A DNA stretch of 32,981 nucleotides from Prevotella sp. UBA6387 (GTDB lineage: Bacteria > Bacteroidota > Bacteroidia > Bacteroidales > Bacteroidaceae). The translations under genes and the position numbers were made by a program. Below the pieces are notes generated by a model. The model did not search any database and was not told where the DNA came from. It was given only the letters and a program-made list of their open reading frames with translations. Location: contig DJQL01000117.1 of NCBI GenBank assembly GCA_002437565.1, forward strand, positions 1 through 32,981. The letters are read 5' to 3'. This document shows positions 8,543-16,469 of the stretch, one piece after another. The stretch's first letter is position 1, and each line of letters begins with the position of its first letter.

Positions 8543-9562
8543 ATGTTAGTCAACATAATAGACCGCATAAAGCTCCCTTTCCGGAAGGAGAAGGAGCTTT
8601 ATGCTTCGTTACATTCCATCATAGGAGTATATCCTCACAATATCTCTTACTATAAGATAGCCCTTATGCACAAGAGCATAAGGCATCGCAACGACAAGGG
8701 AAAGCCTGTCAACAACGAGCGACTTGAATTCTTGGGCGACGCCGTGCTCGACTGTGCCGTGGGCGACATAGTGTTTCGCCACTTCCCCGGAAAGCGTGAG
8801 GGATTTCTAACCAACACGAGGTCAAAACTCGTGCAAAGGGAGACTCTCAACAAGCTGGCCAAGGAAATGGGAATATGCAACCTCATACTTTCCAGTGGGC
8901 GTTCCAACACCCACAACAGTTATCTCGGAGGAAACGCTTTCGAGGCTCTCGTTGGAGCACTCTATCTTGACAGAGGCTACGATGCCTGCATGACATTTGT
9001 GAAGAAGCGTATACTGTCAAACATGATCAACATAGACAAGGTGGCCTACAAGGAGGTAAACTTCAAGTCGAAGCTCATCGAGTGGACGCAGAAAAACAAG
9101 GTGCAGCTCGACTTCAAGCTCTTGAGCTGTGGCAAGGACAATGACGGCAACCCCATTTTCGGCTACCAGATACTGCTTGAGGGCGTTGAGGGCTGCAAGG
9201 GCAATGGATTCTCCAAGAAGGAAAGCCAGCAAAAGGCCGCCAAGGACACACTTGAGAAACTGAGGCGCGAGCCGCAATTTATCGATGCCGTGTTCAAGGC
9301 GAAGGGTGAGCGCACGAAGATGGAGGAAGAACCCGTAAACCCTCTTCCGAACCTTGACTCCACGCAGGTCTTCATGAACTCCACTGCCACTGAAGACGAC
9401 GATACAAAGCACGTGACGGCTTTCCGGGAGCGTGTTTACTCTGAGCGTGAAAGCGCTATAGGAGATGAGCGTGAGGCCATGCTTTCGCAAAAGGAAGGTG
9501 ATCGCGAAGACATAATAGCGGCCGCTGAAAATGCCGCGTTCGAGGAAAATAGTCCTGAATAG
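8543..9562 (+). CDS. rnc: Ribonuclease III with acidic C-terminal extension
   Basis: NERLEFLGDAVL signature, NAFEALVGALYLD, and a dsRBD (NFKSKLIEW...GFSKKESQQKAA). Confidence 0.95.
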   Translation: MLVNIIDRIKLPFRKEKELYASLHSIIGVYPHNISYYKIALMHKSIRHRNDKGKPVNNERLEFLGDAVLDCAVGDIVFRHFPGKREGFLTNTRSKLVQRETLNKLAKEMGICNLILSSGRSNTHNSYLGGNAFEALVGALYLDRGYDACMTFVKKRILSNMINIDKVAYKEVNFKSKLIEWTQKNKVQLDFKLLSCGKDNDGNPIFGYQILLEGVEGCKGNGFSKKESQQKAAKDTLEKLRREPQFIDAVFKAKGERTKMEEEPVNPLPNLDSTQVFMNSTATEDDDTKHVTAFRERVYSERESAIGDEREAMLSQKEGDREDIIAAAENAAFEENSPE

Positions 9563-9619
9563 CGTAAATGGCATGAGAGGCCACATATGGCTCACCGGAA
9601 AAAGTTAAAATAAAGGGTT

Positions 9620-9673
9620 AACGGCCTGCCAGTTGAATCGAGTCGCGATTCAACTGGCAGGCCGTTTGCTTTT
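9620..9673 (+). terminator. 21-bp perfect hairpin after rnc
   Basis: AACGGCCTGCCAGTTGAATCG-agtcg-CGATTCAACTGGCAGGCCGTT followed by TGCTTTT. Confidence 0.75.
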
Positions 9674-9688
9674 AACTTATATCGCAAC

Positions 9689-9754
9689 GCGATTACGGCG
9701 TAAAGCCGATGCGATTACGGCGTAAAGCCGACACGATTCAAGCGTGAAGCCGAA
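9689..9754. repeat. 22-bp tandem repeat, three copies
   Basis: GCGATTACGGCGTAAAGCCGAT / GCGATTACGGCGTAAAGCCGAC / ACGATTCAAGCGTGAAGCCGAA. Confidence 0.85.
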
Positions 9755-9772
9755 ACGCCTTAATATGGCATG

Positions 9773-10011
9773 AAAAAGCAAATCCCCAGCTCTGCGCTCA
9801 GAGTTGGGGATTTGTGTTAACCTAAAAACCAATCTTAATTTATTTACCAAAAACTAACTAAGACCTAATGAAAACCTAAAAACTAACTTTAAACCTAAAA
9901 ACTAAAAACCTATATGAAACAATCTACTAATCTTCAAATGTCATGTGTCTTTTTCGGAATGACCTTCTCGCGAGGGTCGAACCCTTGTCTAGGTTCTTTT
10001 CTCCTTTTGAC
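9773..10011 (-). ncRNA. Predicted U-rich small RNA, copy A (about 240 nt)
   Basis: Minus-strand promoter TTTG(10043-46)-N19-TACCTTTG(10016-23). Terminator at 9773-9815 with a U tail. Core is paralogous to copy B. Confidence 0.7.
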
Positions 10012-10083
10012 ACTGCAAAGGTAGGCAGATTTTAAATAGCCGCAAATTATTTATCGTGATTTATTCGTTTTTCTGCTTTATTT

Positions 10084-10238
10084 TTGATATATGTCAAAAA
10101 TATGTGTGCGCACACAAAACAACAAGGCAGTATTCTTATCTCCTAATAGGCAGGTAGATATGAAATAACAAGGCAGTTGGGAATATAAACGAGTGTTAAC
10201 TATTATATCCATGTGTTTACAGTATTGACGTAAGTCAA
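10084..10238. promoter_or_regulatory. Two TTGA-N6-TCAA palindromes (FNR/CRP-like), one upstream of each sRNA promoter
   Basis: TTGATATATGTCAA at 10084-10097 and TTGACGTAAGTCAA at 10225-10238, lying 60 and 61 nt from the respective -7 elements. Confidence 0.55.
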
Positions 10239-10311
10239 AATGATTTGGAAAAAATACATAAACTCTTTGAAAATATTTGGCTCATAATCCTATTCTGCCT
10301 AATTTTGCACC

Positions 10312-10485
10312 GTCAAACGGACAATGTCTTCGGGAGAAGATGGTCTTATTAGATTTTATTTCATATACACAGTTTAGGTTAGTAGATTGTTTCATATAGG
10401 TTTTTAGTTTTTTAGGTTTAAAAATTGGTTTTTAGGTTAACGCAAATCCCCAACTCAGAGCGCTGAGTCGGGGATTTGCCTTTTT
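10312..10485 (+). ncRNA. Predicted U-rich small RNA, copy B (about 175 nt)
   Basis: Promoter TTTG(10276-79)-N20-TAATTTTG(10300-07). Terminator GCAAATCCCC...GGGGATTTGC-CTTTTT at 10442-10485. Core is paralogous to copy A. Confidence 0.7.
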
Positions 10486-10522
10486 GTGATATTATTCCTG
10501 TTGGTGATGCTGGGATACGTCT

Positions 10523-11506
10523 TTACTTAATCTTCTCGTAGACATACACTTCATGTATTTCTTCCGTGTAACCCTCTTCCGTGAACGGGCCCTGGCTCAT
10601 GCCGAGTATGATTTGCGTGCCACGGTTGTTGAGCACCAAGAGGTCGTCGGTCAATGGGTCAACGGTGAGACCCTCTATCTCGCCACAGCGGCGGAAGTCT
10701 TTCATCTCGCGGAACAATGTTAGCGGACGTGCGAAAGCGCCACCAGCGATTAGGCCTGTGCGCTTCACCACCTTGCCGTTCTCGTCGGTCTTCACGTTCC
10801 ATGGGTCTGCCTTCACAGGTTCAGTGCCTTGCTTCAAGCCATAGTATGGAGCTCCGGCGATGTCGGCGATGTAGATGTTGTCGGCAATGTTGTAGGTAGA
10901 CTCGCCGTCGTCGGCAGAGAAGAGCATCTTGCCATCGGCGATGTAGATGCCTTGGCACCAGTAGGGCTCAGGACGGCATTGCATCTTGGTGTAGTATTTC
11001 TTAGTGTCGAGGCTGTAGGCGTAGACATAGCGGCTGTCCACCCAGTCGGACATCCAGATGAGTCCGCTCTCGCGGTCGACGGCGAGTCCGGAGCACTCTA
11101 CCTGTCCCGACTCGGGGCTCCATGGTATGTCCTCGATCCATTTCAGGGTCTTTGCGTCGTAGACGGAGATGGCTATGTTCTCGCCGCGGCCCAAGTTGAA
11201 GTGCTCATTGCCGGTGTAGATTTTGCCGTCGTACACGTCGATGTCGCCAAAGTGGTTGGCCTTCTCCGGATGTGGGAACAAGGGGTCGCTCTTCGACTGC
11301 ACCCTCTTCTGCACGAGGTTCCAGTTGTGGTCATACTTGTAGAGTCCGCGCGTGTCGGAGAGGTAGAAATAGTCCTTGTCGGCGGCGATGCCCTGGCGTG
11401 CCGGTACACGGATGACTTTCTTCAAGCGATATTCAGTGCCGAGGTGCTGGGCGTAGACGCTTGTGCCGATGATGCTGGCGAGCAAGAGGAAAAACAGTTT
11501 TTTCAT
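10523..11506 (-). CDS. Secreted hypothetical protein, probable beta-propeller
   Basis: Signal peptide MKKLFFLLLASIIGTSVYA. Repeated blade-like motifs QGIAAD, GDIDVY, SGLAVD, QGIYIA and EGLTVD. Confidence 0.7.
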   Translation of the reverse strand: MKKLFFLLLASIIGTSVYAQHLGTEYRLKKVIRVPARQGIAADKDYFYLSDTRGLYKYDHNWNLVQKRVQSKSDPLFPHPEKANHFGDIDVYDGKIYTGNEHFNLGRGENIAISVYDAKTLKWIEDIPWSPESGQVECSGLAVDRESGLIWMSDWVDSRYVYAYSLDTKKYYTKMQCRPEPYWCQGIYIADGKMLFSADDGESTYNIADNIYIADIAGAPYYGLKQGTEPVKADPWNVKTDENGKVVKRTGLIAGGAFARPLTLFREMKDFRRCGEIEGLTVDPLTDDLLVLNNRGTQIILGMSQGPFTEEGYTEEIHEVYVYEKIK

Positions 11507-11562
11507 TGGTTACTGAATTTTAGAGTTGATTTATCGATGATTGATTATTGATTCTTTTGACG

Positions 11563-12789
11563 TCAGAAGGCAAAGCGGCCCATCAACTGTATTTGGTTGT
11601 TGCCGTCGTATCCGATGGCTTCCTTAGCCTTTTTGTCGTAGAAGAAGTGATGATAGTTGAACTGTATGGTTACGTTTTTGAAGAGCTGATAGTTCAAGCC
11701 GACCAAAATGCGATTGTAGTTGTTCGTAGTGGTCTCGCGGCTCTGCAGCTGCTGGTTGTCGTCGTAGTAGAGGCTGTGGTCCTTGTACATGTCCCAGCGC
11801 ACCATTGGCAACCATTTGCCGATGTGGTAAGCGGCGAGGAAGTAGGCACCTTGCTCGTCTACGAACTTCACGTCGTCCACTTTCGACTTCATCATGCCGT
11901 ATTCAGCGCGAAGGTCGAGACCTGTGGGGTCGTTGTACCATGCGCCAAAGACGACACGGTTTAGCGGATTGTACTTGCCCGAGCCCACACCCTGGCCGCC
12001 AGCCAAGGAGTTGCTTGAGTACTTGCCATAGTTATATGTAGCCTTCACGTTGAAATACTTTGTAGGGTGCACCGTCACGCTTGCGTAGACATCCTTTGAA
12101 CTGTTGCTATTGTCTTTGCAAGGCAGTCCGCCGTTGGTCAGCGCCAAGTCGTAGTGCAGGTAGCGGAAACCTTTGCCGCTGTCGAAAGCGTCGCCTATGA
12201 TCATCACGCCGAGATCACGTCCGTAGTCCACGAAGTTGTATTCGTATGGGTTGCGACATGCCATGCGGTATACTATGTTGGAGAAGTCCACGGTCTCCAG
12301 GGTCTTGGGTGATATGTCATAGTTCTCGTAGCCTAATGGCGTATAGAATTGTCCGGCCCTGATTTTGAACTCAGGCAACAGTTTCAAGGTGGCGAAAGCG
12401 TCCATCACCTGGATGTTCTTCTGGCCGTTGCCGTTGGTGGAACCCGCGATGCCGTTGAACGCCTCTATCTGCAAGCGGAAGTCAACCTTCTCGCCGACGT
12501 TGCCGTCCATTATCAAGCGCAGTCGCTTGGCCTGGAACGACGATGATGAGCGCGCTCCGTCCGCGGTGGTCTTGCTGTAGTTCCAGCCAGTCTGCAGGTA
12601 GCCGGAAATCTTGGGCAGGTGGCTGAGTATGCTTTCCCATTTCGATTCTTGCTTGGTCGATTGCTGTTCATTGTCAACAGTTGAGATTTCAGACACATCG
12701 TTTGATTCACTGGCAGGATTGCTTTCTGGTGCCGCGTTCAATTGCATGGCCATAGCTGCTGACACAATGAATAGTAATTGTTTTTTCAT
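11563..12789 (-). CDS. Outer-membrane porin (OprO/OprP-like)
   Basis: Signal peptide, ISGYLQ, FQAKRLRL, IRAGQF..PLGYE and GRDLGV motifs, and a C-terminal Phe. Confidence 0.8.
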   Translation of the reverse strand: MKKQLLFIVSAAMAMQLNAAPESNPASESNDVSEISTVDNEQQSTKQESKWESILSHLPKISGYLQTGWNYSKTTADGARSSSSFQAKRLRLIMDGNVGEKVDFRLQIEAFNGIAGSTNGNGQKNIQVMDAFATLKLLPEFKIRAGQFYTPLGYENYDISPKTLETVDFSNIVYRMACRNPYEYNFVDYGRDLGVMIIGDAFDSGKGFRYLHYDLALTNGGLPCKDNSNSSKDVYASVTVHPTKYFNVKATYNYGKYSSNSLAGGQGVGSGKYNPLNRVVFGAWYNDPTGLDLRAEYGMMKSKVDDVKFVDEQGAYFLAAYHIGKWLPMVRWDMYKDHSLYYDDNQQLQSRETTTNNYNRILVGLNYQLFKNVTIQFNYHHFFYDKKAKEAIGYDGNNQIQLMGRFAF

Positions 12790-12955
12790 AAATGAAAGTT
12801 TTGGGTTTAGAAATAAAACTTGTCGTAAAACAATATCTTTTATAAAGATAGCTTTTGGTTACTTCACAAAAGTATGTAACATTTTTGAAATTAATATTAC
12901 AATTTTATTTCTTTAACTCAGAAACTTTCTTGTTTTAACATTTTAAAACTGTTTT

Positions 12956-12991
12956 ATAAAAACATCCACAATGCCCTGAAGCATTGTGGAT
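12956..12991 (-). terminator. Terminator of rnr containing DnaA-box-like arms
   Basis: ATCCACAATGC / GCATTGTGGAT stem, followed by GTTTTT on the minus strand. Confidence 0.65.
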
Positions 12992-13029
12992 AAAATGTGT
13001 CTTATGAAATGGAATGCTCACGACCGCGT

Positions 13030-15291
13030 TTATTTCTTGTTGCCCATGCGCTTGTCTTTGCCGTCTTTTTGCGTGGCATCGGCGAGTATGAAGTCGAGCT
13101 GTCGTTTCTCCACGTTGGCTCTTGCAACCTTTATGCGTATTGGGTCTCCAAGTTGGTACTTGTGGTGATGCCTACGGCCACGTAGCAAGAAGTTTTTCTC
13201 GTCAAACTCATAGTAGTCGTCATCGAGGTCACGCATTGGCACCATGCCCTCGCAGTGGTTCTCGTCTATCTCCGCATAGATGCCATACGATGTGATTCCG
13301 GAGATGTGTGCGTCATATTCGTTTCCGATCTTGTCGCCCATAAACTCCACCATCTTATACTTTATGGAATCCCTCTCGGCATTTTGTGCCAGTTGCTCCA
13401 TGTCGGAGCAATGCTCGCACAGGTCCTCGTAGTGTTTCTCGTTGGCAGAGCGTCCGCCGTTTTGGTATTTTGTGAGCAACCTGTGTACCATCGTGTCTGG
13501 ATAGCGGCGTATGGGTGAGGTGAAGTGTGTGTAATAGTCGAATCCCAGTCCGAAGTGTCCAATGTTGTGCGTTGTGTACTTTGCCTTCATCATAGCCCTT
13601 AGTGTCACAGTCTGCACCACTTTTGCCTCTTTTTGCTCTTCCACGTCACACATGAGCTTGTTGATGCTCTTTATCATGGCCTTTCGCGTACCGTCGGTTT
13701 TCACTTTCAGGCCGAATGGAGCTATGAACTTCCTGAGGGTCTCCATCTTCTCAGGGTCTGGGTTGTCGTGTACGCGGTATGGGAACACCTTTGCCTTCTT
13801 GCCCTTTGGCACGCGCCCCACGCTCTCTGCCACGGTTCGGTTGGCAAGGAGCATAAACTCCTCAATGAGTTTGTTGGCATCTTTTGAGCGCTTGAAATAG
13901 CAGCGTATTGGGTGCCCTTTCTCGTCAATGTCGAAATGCAATTCCTCGGTGTCGAACATCACGGAGCCGTCCTTGAATCTTTTCTTGCGCAGCAGCTTTG
14001 CAAGCCTGTCGAGCGTGCATATCTCCCATCCGTATTCATCCTTGAACCCGTCTTTCCCCGGGTTGGGGGCAGGTTCCCCCGTGCCATCCACCACACCGTT
14101 GTCTTCCAGCACTTGCTGCGCTTCCTCGTAGGCGTATCGGCGGTTGGAGCGTATTATGGTGTGCACTATTCGCGAAGCCTTGATCTCAGCGTTGTCGTCG
14201 AGGTCGAAGATGACGCTGTAGCAGAGCTTGTCCTCATTCGGGCGGAGCGAGCACACGAAGTTGCAGAGATGCTCCGGCAGCATTGGTATGGTGCGGTCCA
14301 CGAGATACACTGAGGTGGCGCGTTTTTCAGCCTCGCGGTCTATTATTGAGCCTTCGGTGACATAGTGGCTCACGTCGGCTATGTGCACGCCAACCTGGTA
14401 TAGTCCGTTGTCGAGCTTCTTTATTGAAAGGGCATCGTCGAAATCCTTTGCGTCCTTAGGGTCTATCGTGCAAGTCCATGTGTCGCGGAAGTCCTCGCGC
14501 TCTGCCACGTCCTTGTCGGTGATCTCGCCAGTGATTTTGTCTGCCGCGTCCTCCACCTTTTTAGGGTATTTGTATGGCAGTCCATATTGCGCGAGTATGG
14601 TGTTCATCTCCACGTCGTTGTCGCCAGTCTGTCCGAGCACGTCCACCACCTCGCCGATTATGTTCTTGTGCTCGCTGTCTGGCCATGCCGTCACTTTCAC
14701 TACGGCTTTGTCGTCCGTCTTGCCCCCCTTGAGCTTGTTTTTGGGTATGAGAATGTTTTGTGCCAATGTGTTTTCCGTTGTCACGAGGAAAGCGATGTCC
14801 TTGTCTACCCTCAACCTGCCCACGAACTGGTCTTTGGCCCTTTGCAGTATCTCGATGACCTGTGCCTCCTTGATGTGGTTACGGCGGCGCGCCATCATCG
14901 ACACCCTAACGTGGTCTCCGGTGAGAGCCGACATGGAGTTTCGCTCCGACACGAAGATTGGCTTGTCGCTCCCGTCTGGGATAAACGAGTTTTTGCCGTT
15001 AGACTTTCTCACGAAGCGTCCCTCCTGCACCTGGCCCTTGGTGTTGAGCTTGTAAGAGTTCTCGCTGACCCTGGTCAGGGCATCGTCCCATGTCATCTCT
15101 TCCATTATGTCCATGGCGAGCATTTTCAGTGGATGCGTGTTGAGGCGAAGCGAGTGGAATATTTCTTTAAGAGTCAGTGTCTTGTCGGGTTGCGAACTAA
15201 AAAACGCGTCAAGTATTTTGGCAAGCTGCTTTTTTGTCATGCGCTTGCCGCCTCGACGCTCTTTCTTGGATTGATGGTCCTTCTTTCCCAT
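13030..15291 (-). CDS. rnr: Ribonuclease R
   Basis: TIDPKDAKDFDDALS, IEEFMLLAN and YTHFTSPIRRYPD motifs, with a C-terminal S1 domain. Confidence 0.97.
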   Translation of the reverse strand: MGKKDHQSKKERRGGKRMTKKQLAKILDAFFSSQPDKTLTLKEIFHSLRLNTHPLKMLAMDIMEEMTWDDALTRVSENSYKLNTKGQVQEGRFVRKSNGKNSFIPDGSDKPIFVSERNSMSALTGDHVRVSMMARRRNHIKEAQVIEILQRAKDQFVGRLRVDKDIAFLVTTENTLAQNILIPKNKLKGGKTDDKAVVKVTAWPDSEHKNIIGEVVDVLGQTGDNDVEMNTILAQYGLPYKYPKKVEDAADKITGEITDKDVAEREDFRDTWTCTIDPKDAKDFDDALSIKKLDNGLYQVGVHIADVSHYVTEGSIIDREAEKRATSVYLVDRTIPMLPEHLCNFVCSLRPNEDKLCYSVIFDLDDNAEIKASRIVHTIIRSNRRYAYEEAQQVLEDNGVVDGTGEPAPNPGKDGFKDEYGWEICTLDRLAKLLRKKRFKDGSVMFDTEELHFDIDEKGHPIRCYFKRSKDANKLIEEFMLLANRTVAESVGRVPKGKKAKVFPYRVHDNPDPEKMETLRKFIAPFGLKVKTDGTRKAMIKSINKLMCDVEEQKEAKVVQTVTLRAMMKAKYTTHNIGHFGLGFDYYTHFTSPIRRYPDTMVHRLLTKYQNGGRSANEKHYEDLCEHCSDMEQLAQNAERDSIKYKMVEFMGDKIGNEYDAHISGITSYGIYAEIDENHCEGMVPMRDLDDDYYEFDEKNFLLRGRRHHHKYQLGDPIRIKVARANVEKRQLDFILADATQKDGKDKRMGNKK

Positions 15292-15323
15292 GGTTGTAAA
15301 AAGGTTTGAATTATATTTACCTG

Positions 15324-15403
15324 CAAATTAACGAAAAACTTTTCAACAATCCTAATTAAATCACATTATTTTGCAAAATATTCTGATTTAAGTATTAACT
15401 TTG
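15324..15403. promoter_or_regulatory. Divergent promoters for rnr (-) and SDR-PAP2-miaB-ABC (+)
   Basis: TTAATTTG on the minus strand at 15324-15331. TTTG(15370)...TAACTTTG(15396-15403) on the plus strand. Confidence 0.6.
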
Positions 15404-15417
15404 TAACCTAATTGATT

Positions 15418-16413
15418 ATGAAGATATTAATAACCGGTGCCAGCGGCTTTATTGGCAGTTTTATAGTAGAGGAGGCGTTGAGGCGTGGCTTTGAGACGTG
15501 GGCGGGTGTGAGAGGCACCAGTTCGCGCAAATATTTGCAAGACCCACGCATACATTTCATAAATCTCGACTTCTCTTCAGAGAGCTTGCTCACTGACGCG
15601 CTTCGTGGCCACGACTTCGATTATGTAGTGCATGCTGCTGGAGTAACCAAGTGTCTCCACAAGGACGACTTCTTCAAGGTAAACTATGATGGCACCAAGA
15701 ATTTGGTAAATGCCATACTCAGTCTCAATATGCCGCTCAAGCGCTTTGTGTACATGAGCAGCCTCAGTGTTTTCGGGGCCATAAAGGAAAAACAGCCTTA
15801 TCAGGAGATTGACGAACATGACACACCACGGCCAAATACGGCTTACGGCATGAGCAAGCTTAAGGCCGAGCAGTTTCTCGATTCGATAGGCAACGATTTC
15901 AATTATATAGTGCTTCGTCCGACAGGTGTGTATGGGCCACGTGAGAAAGACTATTTTGTCATGGCAAAGAGCATACGCGACCATGTGGACTTCGCGGTGG
16001 GGTATCGCCGTCAGGACATCACTTTCATTTATGTGGAGGATGTAGTCGAGGCTGTGTTTCTTGCACTTGACCATGGCATGTCGGGAAGAAAGTACTTCCT
16101 TTCAGATGGCGACGTGTACCAGAGCTCCACTTTCAGCGACTACATACACGAGGAACTGGGCAAGCCTTGGTGGATAAGGATTACTGCCCCAGTATGGGTG
16201 CTGAGGCTCGTCACGCTCGTGGGAGAGTATGTGGGCAGGGCGACTGGAAAGCTGATAGTGCTCAACAACGACAAGTACAACATATTGCGACAGCGCAATT
16301 GGAGGTGCAACATTGAGCCAGCGTGTGACGAGCTTGGGTTCACGCCGCGCTTCAAGCTTCGCGAGGGTGTGAGGAAAACCATACAGTGGTATAAGGACAA
16401 TCATTGGCTTTAA
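15418..16413 (+). CDS. NAD-dependent epimerase/dehydratase (extended SDR)
   Basis: ITGASGFIG, VHAAG, YGMSK catalytic motif, and LRPTGVYGP. Confidence 0.9.
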   Translation: MKILITGASGFIGSFIVEEALRRGFETWAGVRGTSSRKYLQDPRIHFINLDFSSESLLTDALRGHDFDYVVHAAGVTKCLHKDDFFKVNYDGTKNLVNAILSLNMPLKRFVYMSSLSVFGAIKEKQPYQEIDEHDTPRPNTAYGMSKLKAEQFLDSIGNDFNYIVLRPTGVYGPREKDYFVMAKSIRDHVDFAVGYRRQDITFIYVEDVVEAVFLALDHGMSGRKYFLSDGDVYQSSTFSDYIHEELGKPWWIRITAPVWVLRLVTLVGEYVGRATGKLIVLNNDKYNILRQRNWRCNIEPACDELGFTPRFKLREGVRKTIQWYKDNHWL

Positions 16414-16469
16414 GGGTTTTCGGGTTACGTTATATGTTGTTGTGATAAATTGGGACGTATTGTATAAGA

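Noticed and set aside
9290..9562. Acidic C-terminal tail on RNase III as a novel domain
   Set aside because: It is low-complexity and probably disordered, and nothing in the sequence supports a distinct function.
9689..9754. CRISPR array
   Set aside because: Repeats are contiguous with no spacers, and there are no cas genes.
9914..10395. Two short ORFs beginning MKQSTNL (9914-10024 +, 36 aa; 10282-10395 -, 37 aa), suggesting a type I toxin-antitoxin pair or small proteins
   Set aside because: Similarity stops at the shared nucleotide core, both run across the opposite-strand promoters, and neither has a promoter in its own direction. They are better explained as the antisense image of the sRNA seed, though ribosome profiling could overturn this.
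9773..10485. Inverted repeats as IS/MITE ends or an invertible promoter switch
   Set aside because: No transposase or invertase nearby and no target-site duplication seen. The arms are interrupted, end in terminators and show compensatory changes typical of RNA genes.
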